A stretch of DNA of 58,520 nt from Anaerolineae bacterium (GTDB taxonomy: Bacteria > Chloroflexota > Anaerolineae > JACIWR01). Position 1 is the stretch's first letter, and each line of letters opens with the position of its first letter. The translations under genes were made by a program, and so were the position numbers. The stretch spans positions 1 to 58,520 of the forward strand of contig JANLFX010000009.1 in NCBI GenBank assembly GCA_024653325.1, in the 5' to 3' direction. The notes under the pieces are model-generated. The model made no database searches. It saw nothing but the letters and a program-made list of their open reading frames with translations, and was not told the origin of the DNA. Positions 9,272 to 20,429 of the stretch are shown piece by piece.

Positions 9272-9595
9272 TTACACTTCGTAGATTTCGAAGCGCTCCA
9301 GGTCCCAGACGAACACGGCCGCCCCCCCGACCTCGGCGGTTGACGCTGCGGCGAGGGACAACTGCTTCTCACTCTCGGCGGTTTCTAATTCAATACAAGA
9401 GCGGCAGCTTGTGCGAATGATGGATAGCACCTGCTCTAGATGTGCTTTTTCTACGGCGATGAAAAGTGTTTGTTGAGCCTGGCGCAAAGCGCCTCCCCGG
9501 CTATCACTGAAGGTCGCTGTGTATCCGGCGGCTACCAGAGCTTCTATGACGTGCCCCGCCTCATCCCGGGGCACTACGGCCATCACCATCTTCAT
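9272..9595 (-). CDS. PII-like protein of the PstA/DarA (c-di-AMP receptor, YaaQ/DUF970) family
   Basis: MKMVMAVV...ATxxxxxGGALR...T(L)FIAV...C...EVGGAAVFVW is colinear with PstA/DarA (MKMIIAIV...ATKLATTGGFLR...EVGGATVFV); ATGA overlap with the atpA stop. Confidence 0.85.
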   Translation of the reverse strand: MKMVMAVVPRDEAGHVIEALVAAGYTATFSDSRGGALRQAQQTLFIAVEKAHLEQVLSIIRTSCRSCIELETAESEKQLSLAAASTAEVGGAAVFVWDLERFEIYEV

Positions 9596-11250
9596 CCGAC
9601 TTTACCTCCTGACCAAGTTGCATGATACTCGGCCAACATGGCCAGCAGAATTTCCCGCGTTTTTTCATCCAACTCGCCACTGCGATCAATGTGGTGATAT
9701 AGTCCTGGATGCTCGGCCTGGAAACGGGATAATAGTCCACGTTCGAAGGCTGGTACGTCTTCCGGCGGGATGTCGTCCAGAAATCCCTCGATAGCTGCCA
9801 GCAGGATGATAACCTGCGCCGCTATGGATAGGGGTTGCTGGGGTGGTTGCTTGAGCACGGTTCGTAACCGTTCTCCACGCCGGATCTGACGTTGAGTAGC
9901 CTCGTCCACTTCGGTGCCAAAACGGGCGAAGCGGGCCACTTCCTCAAATTGGGCCAGTTCCAGACGCAGATGACGAGCCACAGCACGCATGGCCGCCGTC
10001 TGTGCTGCTCCGCCCACGCGCGATACCGACTGACCTACGTTTATAGCCGGTTTGATGCCCCGGTTGAACAACTCGGTATCGAGGACAATTTGCCCATCGG
10101 TGATGGAGATCAAATTGGTGGGGATGTAGGCGGCGATATTACCGCGCTGAGTCTCGACAATTGGCAACGCCGTCAGTGAACCATTCCCGGCCTCAGGGCT
10201 CAATTTGCAAGCCCGTTCTAATAACCGGGCGTGCAGGTAAAAAACGTCGCCAGGGTAGGCCTCGCGGCCCGGTGGCCGACGCAACAACAGGCTCAGTTCC
10301 CGGTAGGTGTCGGCGTGTTTAGAAAGATCATCATAGACGATCAGTACGTCATGTCCATCGTATACCAGGCCTTCGGCCATGGTACAGCCGGCATAGGGAG
10401 CCAGGTAACGCAGCGCGGGTGGGTCGTCAGGACTGGACACGACTACGATAGTGTATACCAGGGCGTTGTGCCGGCGCAGTGTTTCGATAACGGTCAGCGT
10501 GGACGATTTCTTCTGCCCGATGGCTACATAGACGCACAGCACGCCACTGCCGCGCTGATTGATAATGGCATCTATGGCTATACTCGTCTTGCCAGTTTGC
10601 CGATCGCCGATGATCAATTCGCGCTGTCCCCGGCCAATAGGTACCAGGGCGTCCACTATTTTCAGCCCAGTGTGCAGCGGTTCATGTACCGGCGCCCGCT
10701 CGATAATGCCAGGAGCGTCGCGTTCCAGGTAACGGAAATCAGCGGCATCAATGGGTCCGCGACCATCCAAAGGCTGGCCCAGAGGGTTTACTACTCGCCC
10801 CGGTAGATTGTGTCCCACCGGAACGCGTAGCCGTTCGCCACTGGCCGTCACCAGGTCCCCGCCCTGGATACCTTCGTCGGGGCCCAGGAGGATCACGTCA
10901 ATCAAATCGTGATCCAGATTCAGAATCATGCCCTGTACACCGGTGGGGAAAACAACTAGTTCGTCGGTACGCGCGCCAGGCAAGCCAGAAAGCGTGGCCA
11001 CGCCATCACCGACGCGCTGCACCGTCCCCACATCGTGAAAACGCACCTGGGCCACCAGTTGACTGGCCTGTTCGCGCAGAAGCTGGAGCAGCAGCGGAAT
11101 ATTGGGTTGTACTGGGAGGATTTTTAAATGCGAGGCCGCATCGTCGCTGAGACGTTGCACCAGGCCAGCTCGATCAACCCGTTGATCCGTCTGCTGGCGG
11201 AGCGCCTGCCGCGGCAAGGTGGTATCAGGCTGAGGGATCGGTTTGTCCAT
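9592..11250 (-). CDS. atpA: N-ATPase F1 alpha subunit with N-terminal extension
   Basis: GDGVA, IGRGQRELIIGDRQTGKT, RPPGREAYPGDVFYLHARLLER, PAINVGQSVSRVGG. Start set at ATG 11250 after AAGGAG. Confidence 0.96.
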   Translation of the reverse strand: MDKPIPQPDTTLPRQALRQQTDQRVDRAGLVQRLSDDAASHLKILPVQPNIPLLLQLLREQASQLVAQVRFHDVGTVQRVGDGVATLSGLPGARTDELVVFPTGVQGMILNLDHDLIDVILLGPDEGIQGGDLVTASGERLRVPVGHNLPGRVVNPLGQPLDGRGPIDAADFRYLERDAPGIIERAPVHEPLHTGLKIVDALVPIGRGQRELIIGDRQTGKTSIAIDAIINQRGSGVLCVYVAIGQKKSSTLTVIETLRRHNALVYTIVVVSSPDDPPALRYLAPYAGCTMAEGLVYDGHDVLIVYDDLSKHADTYRELSLLLRRPPGREAYPGDVFYLHARLLERACKLSPEAGNGSLTALPIVETQRGNIAAYIPTNLISITDGQIVLDTELFNRGIKPAINVGQSVSRVGGAAQTAAMRAVARHLRLELAQFEEVARFARFGTEVDEATQRQIRRGERLRTVLKQPPQQPLSIAAQVIILLAAIEGFLDDIPPEDVPAFERGLLSRFQAEHPGLYHHIDRSGELDEKTREILLAMLAEYHATWSGGKVG

Positions 11251-12025
11251 TGCCCATACGCTCCTTGAGAGCTGCGGAGACCTGTTCCCGCAACCCGGCC
11301 AGTTGTCCGGCGATGGAATTATCCACGATGGTATCACCCAGGCGTACCTGCAGACCAACCGCCAATGAAGGGTCAATCCTCAATTCCAGATTGACATGAC
11401 GGTCGGCCAGGGCGGTGAGGGTGCGGACCAGCAATCCTTGCTGTTCTGGCGAGAGGGGGTGAGCGGTGGTTACGTGAGCCGTGGGCTCACGAGTGCCCAG
11501 GGAACGGCGGAACGCTTCCACTCGCTGCATTTGACTACGCCCCAACTCCCAGATGCGATCATTGAGCTGTTTGACCAGCGAATCGTGCATTTCCGGTGGA
11601 GCAGTGCGGGCAATTACCTGCCCGCTGATCTCCAGAATGGCATCCAGGAGTTCGTCGTGGAAGGAGTCTATCGCCAATCGCCGCTGCTGGTGGGTGTCAG
11701 CGTGGGCTTCGGCCAAGATACGGGCCACCTCAACCTGGGCTTCTTGCAGCAGAGCAAGCCGCTCGGTTTCCGCCTTCTCTTGCGCCTGCGCGATGAGAGC
11801 GGCAGCCTCTTCCTCGGCGCGTGCCAGCCGCGCCTCCCACTCGGCGCGCAACCTGGCCGCTTCCTCGCGCTCCTGGTTCAGTTCTTGGAGCAATCTCTCT
11901 TTCTCGGCCTTGCGTTGCGCTACCCTGCGCATCACCGGCTGGAAGAGAAAGTGATTGAGCAAGAGTACCAGCAGCAGGAAATTGGCTATCTGGAATATAA
12001 CTGTTGCCCAACTGAGATCCAGCAT
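11225..12025 (-). CDS. atpF: N-ATPase b subunit with C-terminal delta-like domain
   Basis: N-terminal TM (FQIANFLLLVLLL.HFLFQPV), long coiled coil, then TTAHPLS...IDPSLAVGLQVRLGDTIVDNS (delta C-terminal like). Confidence 0.92.
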   Translation of the reverse strand: MLDLSWATVIFQIANFLLLVLLLNHFLFQPVMRRVAQRKAEKERLLQELNQEREEAARLRAEWEARLARAEEEAAALIAQAQEKAETERLALLQEAQVEVARILAEAHADTHQQRRLAIDSFHDELLDAILEISGQVIARTAPPEMHDSLVKQLNDRIWELGRSQMQRVEAFRRSLGTREPTAHVTTAHPLSPEQQGLLVRTLTALADRHVNLELRIDPSLAVGLQVRLGDTIVDNSIAGQLAGLREQVSAALKERMGNGQTDPSA

Positions 12026-12034
12026 TGGATTACC

Positions 12035-12307
12035 CTAGAAAAACCGGTCAATCAACGGGTTGGCGAAGATCAAAATCAGGCAAATTAACAGCACATAGAT
12101 GGCTGTTGATTCCAGTAAGGCCATGGAAATAAGCAGGGTGGTGCGGATGCGGTCGGCAATCTCGGGCTGGCGGGCCATGCTCTCCAACGCTTTGACTACC
12201 GCCCGTCCTTCTAATATCGCCGGGGTGATGGTCCCCAGCAAAATGGAAACACTCACCATTACGATGCTAACAATTGTGACCAACGTACCAGGATCCATAC
12301 CTGCCAT
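12035..12307 (-). CDS. atpE: N-ATPase c subunit with Na+-binding motif
   Basis: PAILEG (Glu in helix 1), ARQPE loop, ESTAIY in helix 2, ANP C-terminus. Confidence 0.95.
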   Translation of the reverse strand: MAGMDPGTLVTIVSIVMVSVSILLGTITPAILEGRAVVKALESMARQPEIADRIRTTLLISMALLESTAIYVLLICLILIFANPLIDRFF

Positions 12308-12339
12308 GCGTTAATTTCCTCCTTAAAGCTCATTTATCA

Positions 12340-12975
12340 TTATTCACTGGCTTCCAATCCCGCGCCGATATAGACGGTAGCCAGGACGGTGAAAATATAA
12401 GCTTGCAGAACGCCGGTAAACATGCTGAAAGCGATCAACGGCAGGGGCACAATCAGCGGCAGCAGGGCAAAAACCACGGCCACGATTAATTCGGTGCTGA
12501 GCACGTTACCAAACAGACGCAAGGTGAGCGACAGGGTCCGGCTCAACTGGCCGACGATCTCCAGGGGCAGCATGAAAATCGGTGAAGCCATGTCCTTGAA
12601 ATAGCCGACTACTCCTTTGGCCCGGATGCCGAAGTAATGCACCGAGAAAAAGACGACCAGGGCCAGGGCCAGCGGCGTGTTTATATCGCGGGTGGGGGTG
12701 ACTATGATGGGCACGGCCCCGATGACATTGGCGACGGCGATGAAGATGGCCAGGGTGCCCAGCAATGGCAGATATGGTTCCGCCGGCCGGCCCATCGCGC
12801 CGGAAATAGTATCTATCAGAAAGTCCACCAGCATCTCCAAAGCCATGGGCCGACGACGGCCGATAACGGCCGCCGCCCCGACAATGATAACCATCATGAT
12901 CCAGGTGGAAACCACCGTGTCGCGCACCGGGATGCCGAAGACGCGAAAAACCACTTGCGGGAAAACACCGTTCAT
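12340..12975 (-). CDS. atpB: N-ATPase a subunit
   Basis: PTRDINTPLALA, SRTLSLTLRLFGN (essential Arg), LQAYIFTVLA.YI. Confidence 0.95.
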   Translation of the reverse strand: MNGVFPQVVFRVFGIPVRDTVVSTWIMMVIIVGAAAVIGRRRPMALEMLVDFLIDTISGAMGRPAEPYLPLLGTLAIFIAVANVIGAVPIIVTPTRDINTPLALALVVFFSVHYFGIRAKGVVGYFKDMASPIFMLPLEIVGQLSRTLSLTLRLFGNVLSTELIVAVVFALLPLIVPLPLIAFSMFTGVLQAYIFTVLATVYIGAGLEASE

Positions 12976-12982
12976 GAACGAT

Positions 12983-13249
12983 TCACTCCCGCTCCAGCAT
13001 CGAGCAACCGGCAACCACCCACCGGGTCAACCACAGCCCGACGAAGACCAGCAGGCCGGGCACGATGCCCTGCCGCAAAGCAACAGCCAACACACCACTG
13101 GCGGCGGCCAATCGGACCAAAGCCCCACCCCATGTGCCGACCAGGGCCCGTCCGGCCGACTCGGGGCGCAAACAGGCTATCGTCCACCACAGGATCAGCG
13201 CATTAAATGCACCCACTGCCCCACCCGCGCACAGCCAGAGTCCGATCAT
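12983..13249 (-). CDS. atpR: N-ATPase AtpR-like membrane subunit
   Basis: About 88 aa with three hydrophobic helices (LWWTI, LVRLA, LTR) at the atpR position of N-ATPase operons; GTG 13258 is an alternative start. Confidence 0.7.
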   Translation of the reverse strand: MIGLWLCAGGAVGAFNALILWWTIACLRPESAGRALVGTWGGALVRLAAASGVLAVALRQGIVPGLLVFVGLWLTRWVVAGCSMLERE

Positions 13250-13254
13250 CAGCC

Positions 13255-13527
13255 TCACACGTCCTCTCGTTCTTCCCGTTCCGCGTTTTGCCGGTCGCGC
13301 TCGATCACGCGTCGGATAGTCTGGGCCACATTGTAGAAGCCGATACCGATGCCCAGCACCAACAAGCCCAGGGTGAAGACGTAACGGGTCTGCAGCCAAC
13401 GGTCCAGAAAGTGCCCCAGCAGCGTCCCGCCGAAAATTGGCAGGGCCAGATCCCACCCCAGTGACATGGCTACCCGCGCGTCGCGCCATGCCGCCCACCA
13501 GGCATCGCGGTCAGGGTTCGTTTTCAT
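13255..13527 (-). CDS. atpQ: AtpQ/AtpZ (AtpI-like, gene 1) membrane protein
   Basis: LGWDLALPIFGGTLLGHFLDR...LLVLGIGIGFYN. Confidence 0.85.
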   Translation of the reverse strand: MKTNPDRDAWWAAWRDARVAMSLGWDLALPIFGGTLLGHFLDRWLQTRYVFTLGLLVLGIGIGFYNVAQTIRRVIERDRQNAEREEREDV

Positions 13528-13557
13528 CGCTCTGAACCTCTGAACCTCCCGCAGGCT

Positions 13558-15259
<1,702 letters not shown>

Positions 15260-15458
15260 CTAACCCGGCCTAGCCGGAGCCAAAAGCCTTACCACAAAGG
15301 GCACGAAGGGCACAAAGGGGGGATGGTTCATTTTCTGGAGGAAATAGGTTTACACTTTTGAGGCCCAGAGAAATTCTCAAGAGCTACGCCTTGTACCCAG
15401 ATCCAGCGGGCAAGTCAGCCCGCCGGGGCGACCGCAAGGGGTCCCACATTTTATTTAA

Positions 15459-15905
15459 TTATGCGTTTCTCGGCTCGGGTGACTTCTTTGTCAACGAATA
15501 TCCAACGAATAAACGAACGCTGATGTCCAGCACATCCCCCATCACATTACCGATCTTCACTCGATCACCGATGCGGAAGAGATTGCCGGTGACGATGTTC
15601 ACATAGCCCGCCAGAGACCCGATGACCTCTTGGGAGGCAAAAGCTATGCCGGCCCCCAGGATGCCCATGGCCACAGTGAAATTGCTGCCGAAACCCAGCC
15701 AGATGAGCAGGATGATGATGCCACCACTGACAAAAACGGTGTTTCGGATCAACATGCGCAAAGTATGCATGTAATACTGATCTTTGACCCGCGCCTGCAA
15801 CAGGTTACCCGCTGCCCGATTGGTCGCCAGGGTGAGCAACAGCACCACCATCGAGGAGACGATTTTGAGCCCTATACTGAGATAAGTCATCGGAATCTGA
15901 GGCAT
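15459..15905 (-). pseudogene. Truncated MscS-family mechanosensitive channel
   Basis: TM helices, GILGAGIAFASQE, FRIGDRVKIGNVMGDVLDIS; similarity ends at about 15520, where repeat-like DNA begins, and the C-terminal cage domain is missing. Confidence 0.8.
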
Positions 15906-15925
15906 AGCAGAGTCTCCTTCCCTAC

Positions 15926-16444
15926 TTACGCCCTGCCCAGGGTGAAGCCGCGTTCCAGCGCCCGTTCATTGATCGCCCGCCCAGATTCGGGCAGTGTCTT
16001 CTTCACTGTTTCCAGGTCCACCAGGCCGGAGAGGGCGATCAATGCACCCAACATGATCATATTCGCCGCCCCGGGCTGGCCCATCTCAGCCGCCGTGCTG
16101 AGGGCCGGGATAGGATAGTGGCGTTGAGGTGCTTCTGGCGACGGGGTCACCACTTGCGGATCGAAAAGCACCACCCCATCCCCTGCCACACCTTGATGCA
16201 GGCGGTCGTAGGCTTCCTGGGATAGGGCCACGAAGAACTGAGGGTTCAAGGTACGGGGATAGGTAATCTGCTCCTCGGCAACCACCACCTCCGCACCGAT
16301 CAGCGTCCCCCGCGCCTCCGGCCCGTACGAGGCACTGCTGGCTACCTGCTTTCCACTTCGGGCGCAGGCCTGCCCCAACAGTGTTCCGACAAATTTGATT
16401 CCCTGCCCGCCCTGACCACCGAAGAGTACCTCTACACGTCCCAC
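15926..16444 (-). CDS. korC: 2-oxoacid:ferredoxin oxidoreductase gamma subunit
   Basis: GGQGGQG, SYGPEARG, ANMIMLGAL, INERALERG. Confidence 0.9.
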   Translation of the reverse strand: MGRVEVLFGGQGGQGIKFVGTLLGQACARSGKQVASSASYGPEARGTLIGAEVVVAEEQITYPRTLNPQFFVALSQEAYDRLHQGVAGDGVVLFDPQVVTPSPEAPQRHYPIPALSTAAEMGQPGAANMIMLGALIALSGLVDLETVKKTLPESGRAINERALERGFTLGRA

Positions 16445-17244
16445 GTCTCTTCTCCTTCCCGCCACTCGCCGACCACGATCTTGCCTTCCGCCCCTTCCTT
16501 TTGAGCCTTACGGCGCGAGATGCAGTTAGCCTCCTGCCAGGAGAGCATAGCCCAGGGCAGACTCGCCTCTTTATTGGCCCACTGCCCCCGATTGGCGCGG
16601 CCATATTGGGTAGGGCAGATGGAAAGCACCTCGACGAAGGCGAAGCCAGGCTCTCGCAACGCCGTCTCGATGCCTTGCCGCAACCAACGGGGCCGGGCCA
16701 CCGGCCAGCGGGCGACGTAGGGTGCACCGGCACCTCGCGCCAGTTTTACCAGGTCGAAGCTGCGGTGTGGATTGCCGCCCGGCGTGGTGGCGGTGATGGC
16801 TCCGGGCGGCGTGGTGGCCGAGACCTGTCCGCCGGTCATGCCGAACAACCAGTTGTTCAGGCAGAAGACCTTGATGGGCAGATTGCGGCGGGCAGCGTGG
16901 ATGAGGTGATTGCCGCCAATGGTGGTCAGGTCGCCGTCGCCGGAGATGACCACCACCTCCAGCTCGGGCCGGGTCAGTTTAACCCCGGTGGCGAAGGCGA
17001 TGGCCCGCCCATGGGTGACGTGCAGGGTATCGGCCAGAAAATGGGGACTGGGCACCCAGGCTCCGCAACCGATGCCGGAGACGAAAACCGTGCGCTCGAA
17101 ATCCAGCCCGACTTCGTCCGCCGCCCGCAGGAAGGCGTTGATAAAGATGCCGTGGCCGCAACCAGCGCAGAAGGGAGTGGCTTGTCGCAGGTAACGCGCT
17201 CGCAACAGCGGGGCACTGCTTTCATGTTTGTCCATCCCTACCAC
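16432..17244 (-). CDS. korB: 2-oxoacid:ferredoxin oxidoreductase beta (TPP-binding) subunit
   Basis: FCAGCGHG, SGIGC, HGRA, GDGD...IGGNH, NN..GMTGGQ.S.TTP, CPT. Confidence 0.95.
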   Translation of the reverse strand: MVGMDKHESSAPLLRARYLRQATPFCAGCGHGIFINAFLRAADEVGLDFERTVFVSGIGCGAWVPSPHFLADTLHVTHGRAIAFATGVKLTRPELEVVVISGDGDLTTIGGNHLIHAARRNLPIKVFCLNNWLFGMTGGQVSATTPPGAITATTPGGNPHRSFDLVKLARGAGAPYVARWPVARPRWLRQGIETALREPGFAFVEVLSICPTQYGRANRGQWANKEASLPWAMLSWQEANCISRRKAQKEGAEGKIVVGEWREGEETWDV

Positions 17245-18665
17245 CTCCCCTCCAGCAGATAACCCAGAATGCGCCGGGGATCAATTATCTCGCCGTTGGT
17301 CTGCGACAAGGGAGTGACCCGCGCGGCGGTGCAGCGTTCCACCTCCCGCACCACCTGCCCCAGGTTCATCTCCGGCACCACCACTTCCCGGCAATCGTCC
17401 GCGCAGCGGGTGACAATCTCGTCGGGAAAGGGCCACAGACTTTTCAGCCGCAACAAACCCACACGCTGACCGCGCCGCCGCGCTTCCTGCACGGCCCACA
17501 AGGCAGAGCGGGCCACGGAACCATAGGCCACCACCAATCGCTCGGCGTCGGCGGTGAAGTACGTTTCCCAGTCGTCTATTTCGTTGCGGTGAGCCAGCAG
17601 CTTGTTGGCCAGCCGGCGCACCAGCCGCTCCTGGGTCTGGGGATCGGTGGTGCGGCGTATCCCTCTGGCATCGTGAGTCGAGCCGGTGATCAGCAACCGT
17701 GCCCCCTCGCCGAAGGCGGGCATGGGCGGTACCCCATCGTCGGCCTCGGTGCCGAAAGGGGAGTCCTGCGGCCAGCGGGTGCGGTTAAAACAACGCACCG
17801 TGGGCTCCACAGTGATGGTTTCCTGCAAGTGGCCCACTATCTCGTCGGCCAGGACGATGACCGGCACGCGGAAACGTTCCGCCAGGTTGAAGGCGCGGAT
17901 GGTCAGGTCGTACATTTCCTGCACCGACCAGGGGGCCAGGGCGATGATCTCCGGCCCGCCATGAGTGCCCCAGCGGGCCTGCATCACGTCCCCTTGCGCC
18001 GGACGGCTGGCCTGACCGGTGCTGGGGCCGGCGCGCTGCACGTTGACGATAACGCAGGGGGTCTCGGTCATCACCGCGTAGCCCAGGCTTTCCATCATCA
18101 GGCTGAAACCAGGCCCTGAGGTGGCGGTCATGCTCTTGATTCCGGACCAGGAAGCGCCGATGACCGCGCACAGACTGGCGATCTCGTCTTCCATCTGGAT
18201 AAAGGTGCCACCCACTTCCGGCAGACGGTGGGCCATGTGCACCATGAGTTCGCTGGAAGGGGTGATGGGATAACCACCGTAGAAGCGGCATCCCGCTGTG
18301 AGGGTACCCTCAGCGCAGGCTTCGTTACCCGACAGGAAGTGCACGCCTGCCGGCAGTGCGCTTGGCACCTCGGCCCACCCACCGTAGTCTGGGGTGACGG
18401 CCACGCTGGCTGGCAGTGGGACGGCTGGTTCAGGCGCCTCCTTACCAATCAAGGCGACGGTGATAGCCAGTTCCGGACAGAAAAGCTCGCACCTCCGGCA
18501 GCCAGTACATTCTTCGGGGTTCGCTACCCGCAGTGTCCATATCCCCTGGGGTGTCGGTTGGTCGCTGATAGCGAATACTTTCTGAGGACAGGCGTTCTGA
18601 CAGATAGCGCAGGCCTGCCCCTTGCACAGAGCCTCGTCTAGTTCTACTTTGAACTTTTTAGACAT
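17238..18665 (-). CDS. korA: 2-oxoacid:ferredoxin oxidoreductase alpha subunit fused to N-terminal ferredoxin (delta)
   Basis: CKGQACAICQNACP and CTGCRRCELFCP, then GNEA, GYPITPSSE, QMEDEIAS, TATSGPGFSLM, VQRAGPSTG, PEMNLGQ. Confidence 0.93.
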   Translation of the reverse strand: MSKKFKVELDEALCKGQACAICQNACPQKVFAISDQPTPQGIWTLRVANPEECTGCRRCELFCPELAITVALIGKEAPEPAVPLPASVAVTPDYGGWAEVPSALPAGVHFLSGNEACAEGTLTAGCRFYGGYPITPSSELMVHMAHRLPEVGGTFIQMEDEIASLCAVIGASWSGIKSMTATSGPGFSLMMESLGYAVMTETPCVIVNVQRAGPSTGQASRPAQGDVMQARWGTHGGPEIIALAPWSVQEMYDLTIRAFNLAERFRVPVIVLADEIVGHLQETITVEPTVRCFNRTRWPQDSPFGTEADDGVPPMPAFGEGARLLITGSTHDARGIRRTTDPQTQERLVRRLANKLLAHRNEIDDWETYFTADAERLVVAYGSVARSALWAVQEARRRGQRVGLLRLKSLWPFPDEIVTRCADDCREVVVPEMNLGQVVREVERCTAARVTPLSQTNGEIIDPRRILGYLLEGRW

Positions 18666-18680
18666 ATTCTTCTCAAATCC

Positions 18681-18707
18681 GTAGCACAGGATTTAATCCT
18701 GTGCTAC
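18681..18707. repeat. GTAG-type REP palindrome
   Basis: GTAGCACAGGAT-TTA-ATCCTGTGCTAC. Confidence 0.75.
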
Positions 18708-19921
18708 TCTGCCTGCCAGGCTTCGGCATCGTAGGCCGGCAGCTCGCAGCGCAAGGGCCTGTCCTGTCGGTAACCCAGGGCATACTGGGCCTGGAGCAGG
18801 GTCTGAATCTCGCGGCTGCCCTCGTAAATCACCGCCCCCTTGGAGTTGCGCAGGAAGCGCTCCACGTCGTACTCGTCGGAGTAGCCATACGCACCGTGTA
18901 TCTGCACCGCGTCCGCTGCCGATTCAAAAGAGGCATCACAGGCGTACCATTTAGCCAGAGCTGTTTCCCGCGTGTTGCGAATACCCTGGTTCTTCAGCCA
19001 ACCGGCCCGCAGATAAAGAAGCCGGGCAATCTCGGCCCGCTGCACCATGAGGGCGATCATGCGTTGCACCAGTTGATGCTGCCCGATAGGCTTACCAAAG
19101 GCTTCTCGCTCGTTGGCGTAACGCACTGATGCCTCCAGGCTGGCCTGGATCAACCCCGTAGCTCCGGCGGCCACAGTGTAGCGCCCGTTGTCCAGGGCGC
19201 TCATGGCGATTTTGAAACCCTCGCCCTCCTGGCCCAGGAGGTTCTCGGCGGGCACGGGGACCTCGTCCAGGGTGATGGAGCCGGTGTTCCCGGCGCGCAC
19301 GCCCAACTTGCCGTGGATGGTGCCGGTAGACAGGCCAGGCCAGCCCCGCTCGACGATGAATACCGACATGCCCGAATGATCGCGCGCCTTTTTCTTCTCC
19401 ATGTCCGTCCAGGCCAGGATGAGAAAGCGGTCGGCTACATCGGCCAGAGAGATCCACATCTTCTCACCGTTCAGGATGTAGTGATCGCCCTCGCGCCGGG
19501 CGGTGGTCTGGATGCCCACCACATCGGAACCGGCGTTGGGTTCGGTCATACCGAAGGTGCCGATGTTCTTCCCCTGAGCCAGGGGCACCAGGTATTTTTG
19601 TTTCTGCTCCTCGGTGCCCCACTGGAGTATGCTCAGGCTGCATAGACCCACATGGACGCTGAGGATGACGCGGGCCGAGGTATCCACTCGCTCCAGTTCC
19701 TCGCAGGCCAGACCCAGGGCGATGTAGTCCATTCCGGCCCCTCCGTAGCGGACCGGCAGGCAGATGCCCAGCAGCCCCTGAGCAGCCATCTTGGGCAGCA
19801 GCGAGCGGTCGAAGGTTTGCTCCCGGTCGTGTTCCTTGATTTTGGGGGCAATCTCCCTTTCGGCGAACTCCCGCACTGCTTTGCGGATCATTTCATGCTC
19901 TTCGTTGAGCGCGAAATCCAT
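18704..19921 (-). CDS. Acyl-CoA dehydrogenase
   Basis: [49 protein letters not shown]. Confidence 0.95.
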   Translation of the reverse strand: MDFALNEEHEMIRKAVREFAEREIAPKIKEHDREQTFDRSLLPKMAAQGLLGICLPVRYGGAGMDYIALGLACEELERVDTSARVILSVHVGLCSLSILQWGTEEQKQKYLVPLAQGKNIGTFGMTEPNAGSDVVGIQTTARREGDHYILNGEKMWISLADVADRFLILAWTDMEKKKARDHSGMSVFIVERGWPGLSTGTIHGKLGVRAGNTGSITLDEVPVPAENLLGQEGEGFKIAMSALDNGRYTVAAGATGLIQASLEASVRYANEREAFGKPIGQHQLVQRMIALMVQRAEIARLLYLRAGWLKNQGIRNTRETALAKWYACDASFESAADAVQIHGAYGYSDEYDVERFLRNSKGAVIYEGSREIQTLLQAQYALGYRQDRPLRCELPAYDAEAWQAE

Positions 19922-19980
19922 TGTTCCTCCTCACTTAGAAATGTTCGACAGATTTCTGAAGCCTCCAAGACTTCGGAAGT

Positions 19981-20406
19981 CTAGGACAGCGTCTCCTTGA
20001 CCAGGAGACGGATAACGTCAGTATCGGTCAGGATGCCAACCAACTGGCCCGATTCCAGCACCGGCAGGCCGCCGATTTTGTGTTCCAGCATCAACTGGAC
20101 TGCTTCCACCAGAGGTGTTTGCGGTGTGACGGTAATCACCGGGGTGGTCATGGCCTCGGCAGCAGTCAGCCAGCTTGATTCAGTCACCGGCTCATAAGGA
20201 TGGCGAGAAGCCAGTTCGGCCATGCGCGCCTCCCGTAAATCGCCTTTACTGATGATACCCACTAACCGGCCGTTCTCCAGCACCGGTAACCGCCGAATGC
20301 GATGTTCTTCCATCAACCGTTCGACCTCGGCCAGGGGAGCTTCGCTTTCGACGACGATTGGATGTGGGGTCATCACTTCAGCTACCAGGTACGATTTCAG
20401 GGGCAT
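19981..20406 (-). CDS. Stand-alone tandem CBS domain protein
   Basis: Two CBS repeats: VMT...IRRLPVL...LVGIISKGD and AMT...IGGLPVL...LVGILTDTD. Confidence 0.92.
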   Translation of the reverse strand: MPLKSYLVAEVMTPHPIVVESEAPLAEVERLMEEHRIRRLPVLENGRLVGIISKGDLREARMAELASRHPYEPVTESSWLTAAEAMTTPVITVTPQTPLVEAVQLMLEHKIGGLPVLESGQLVGILTDTDVIRLLVKETLS

Positions 20407-20429
20407 GTACTCTCCTCAATAACTGTCAA

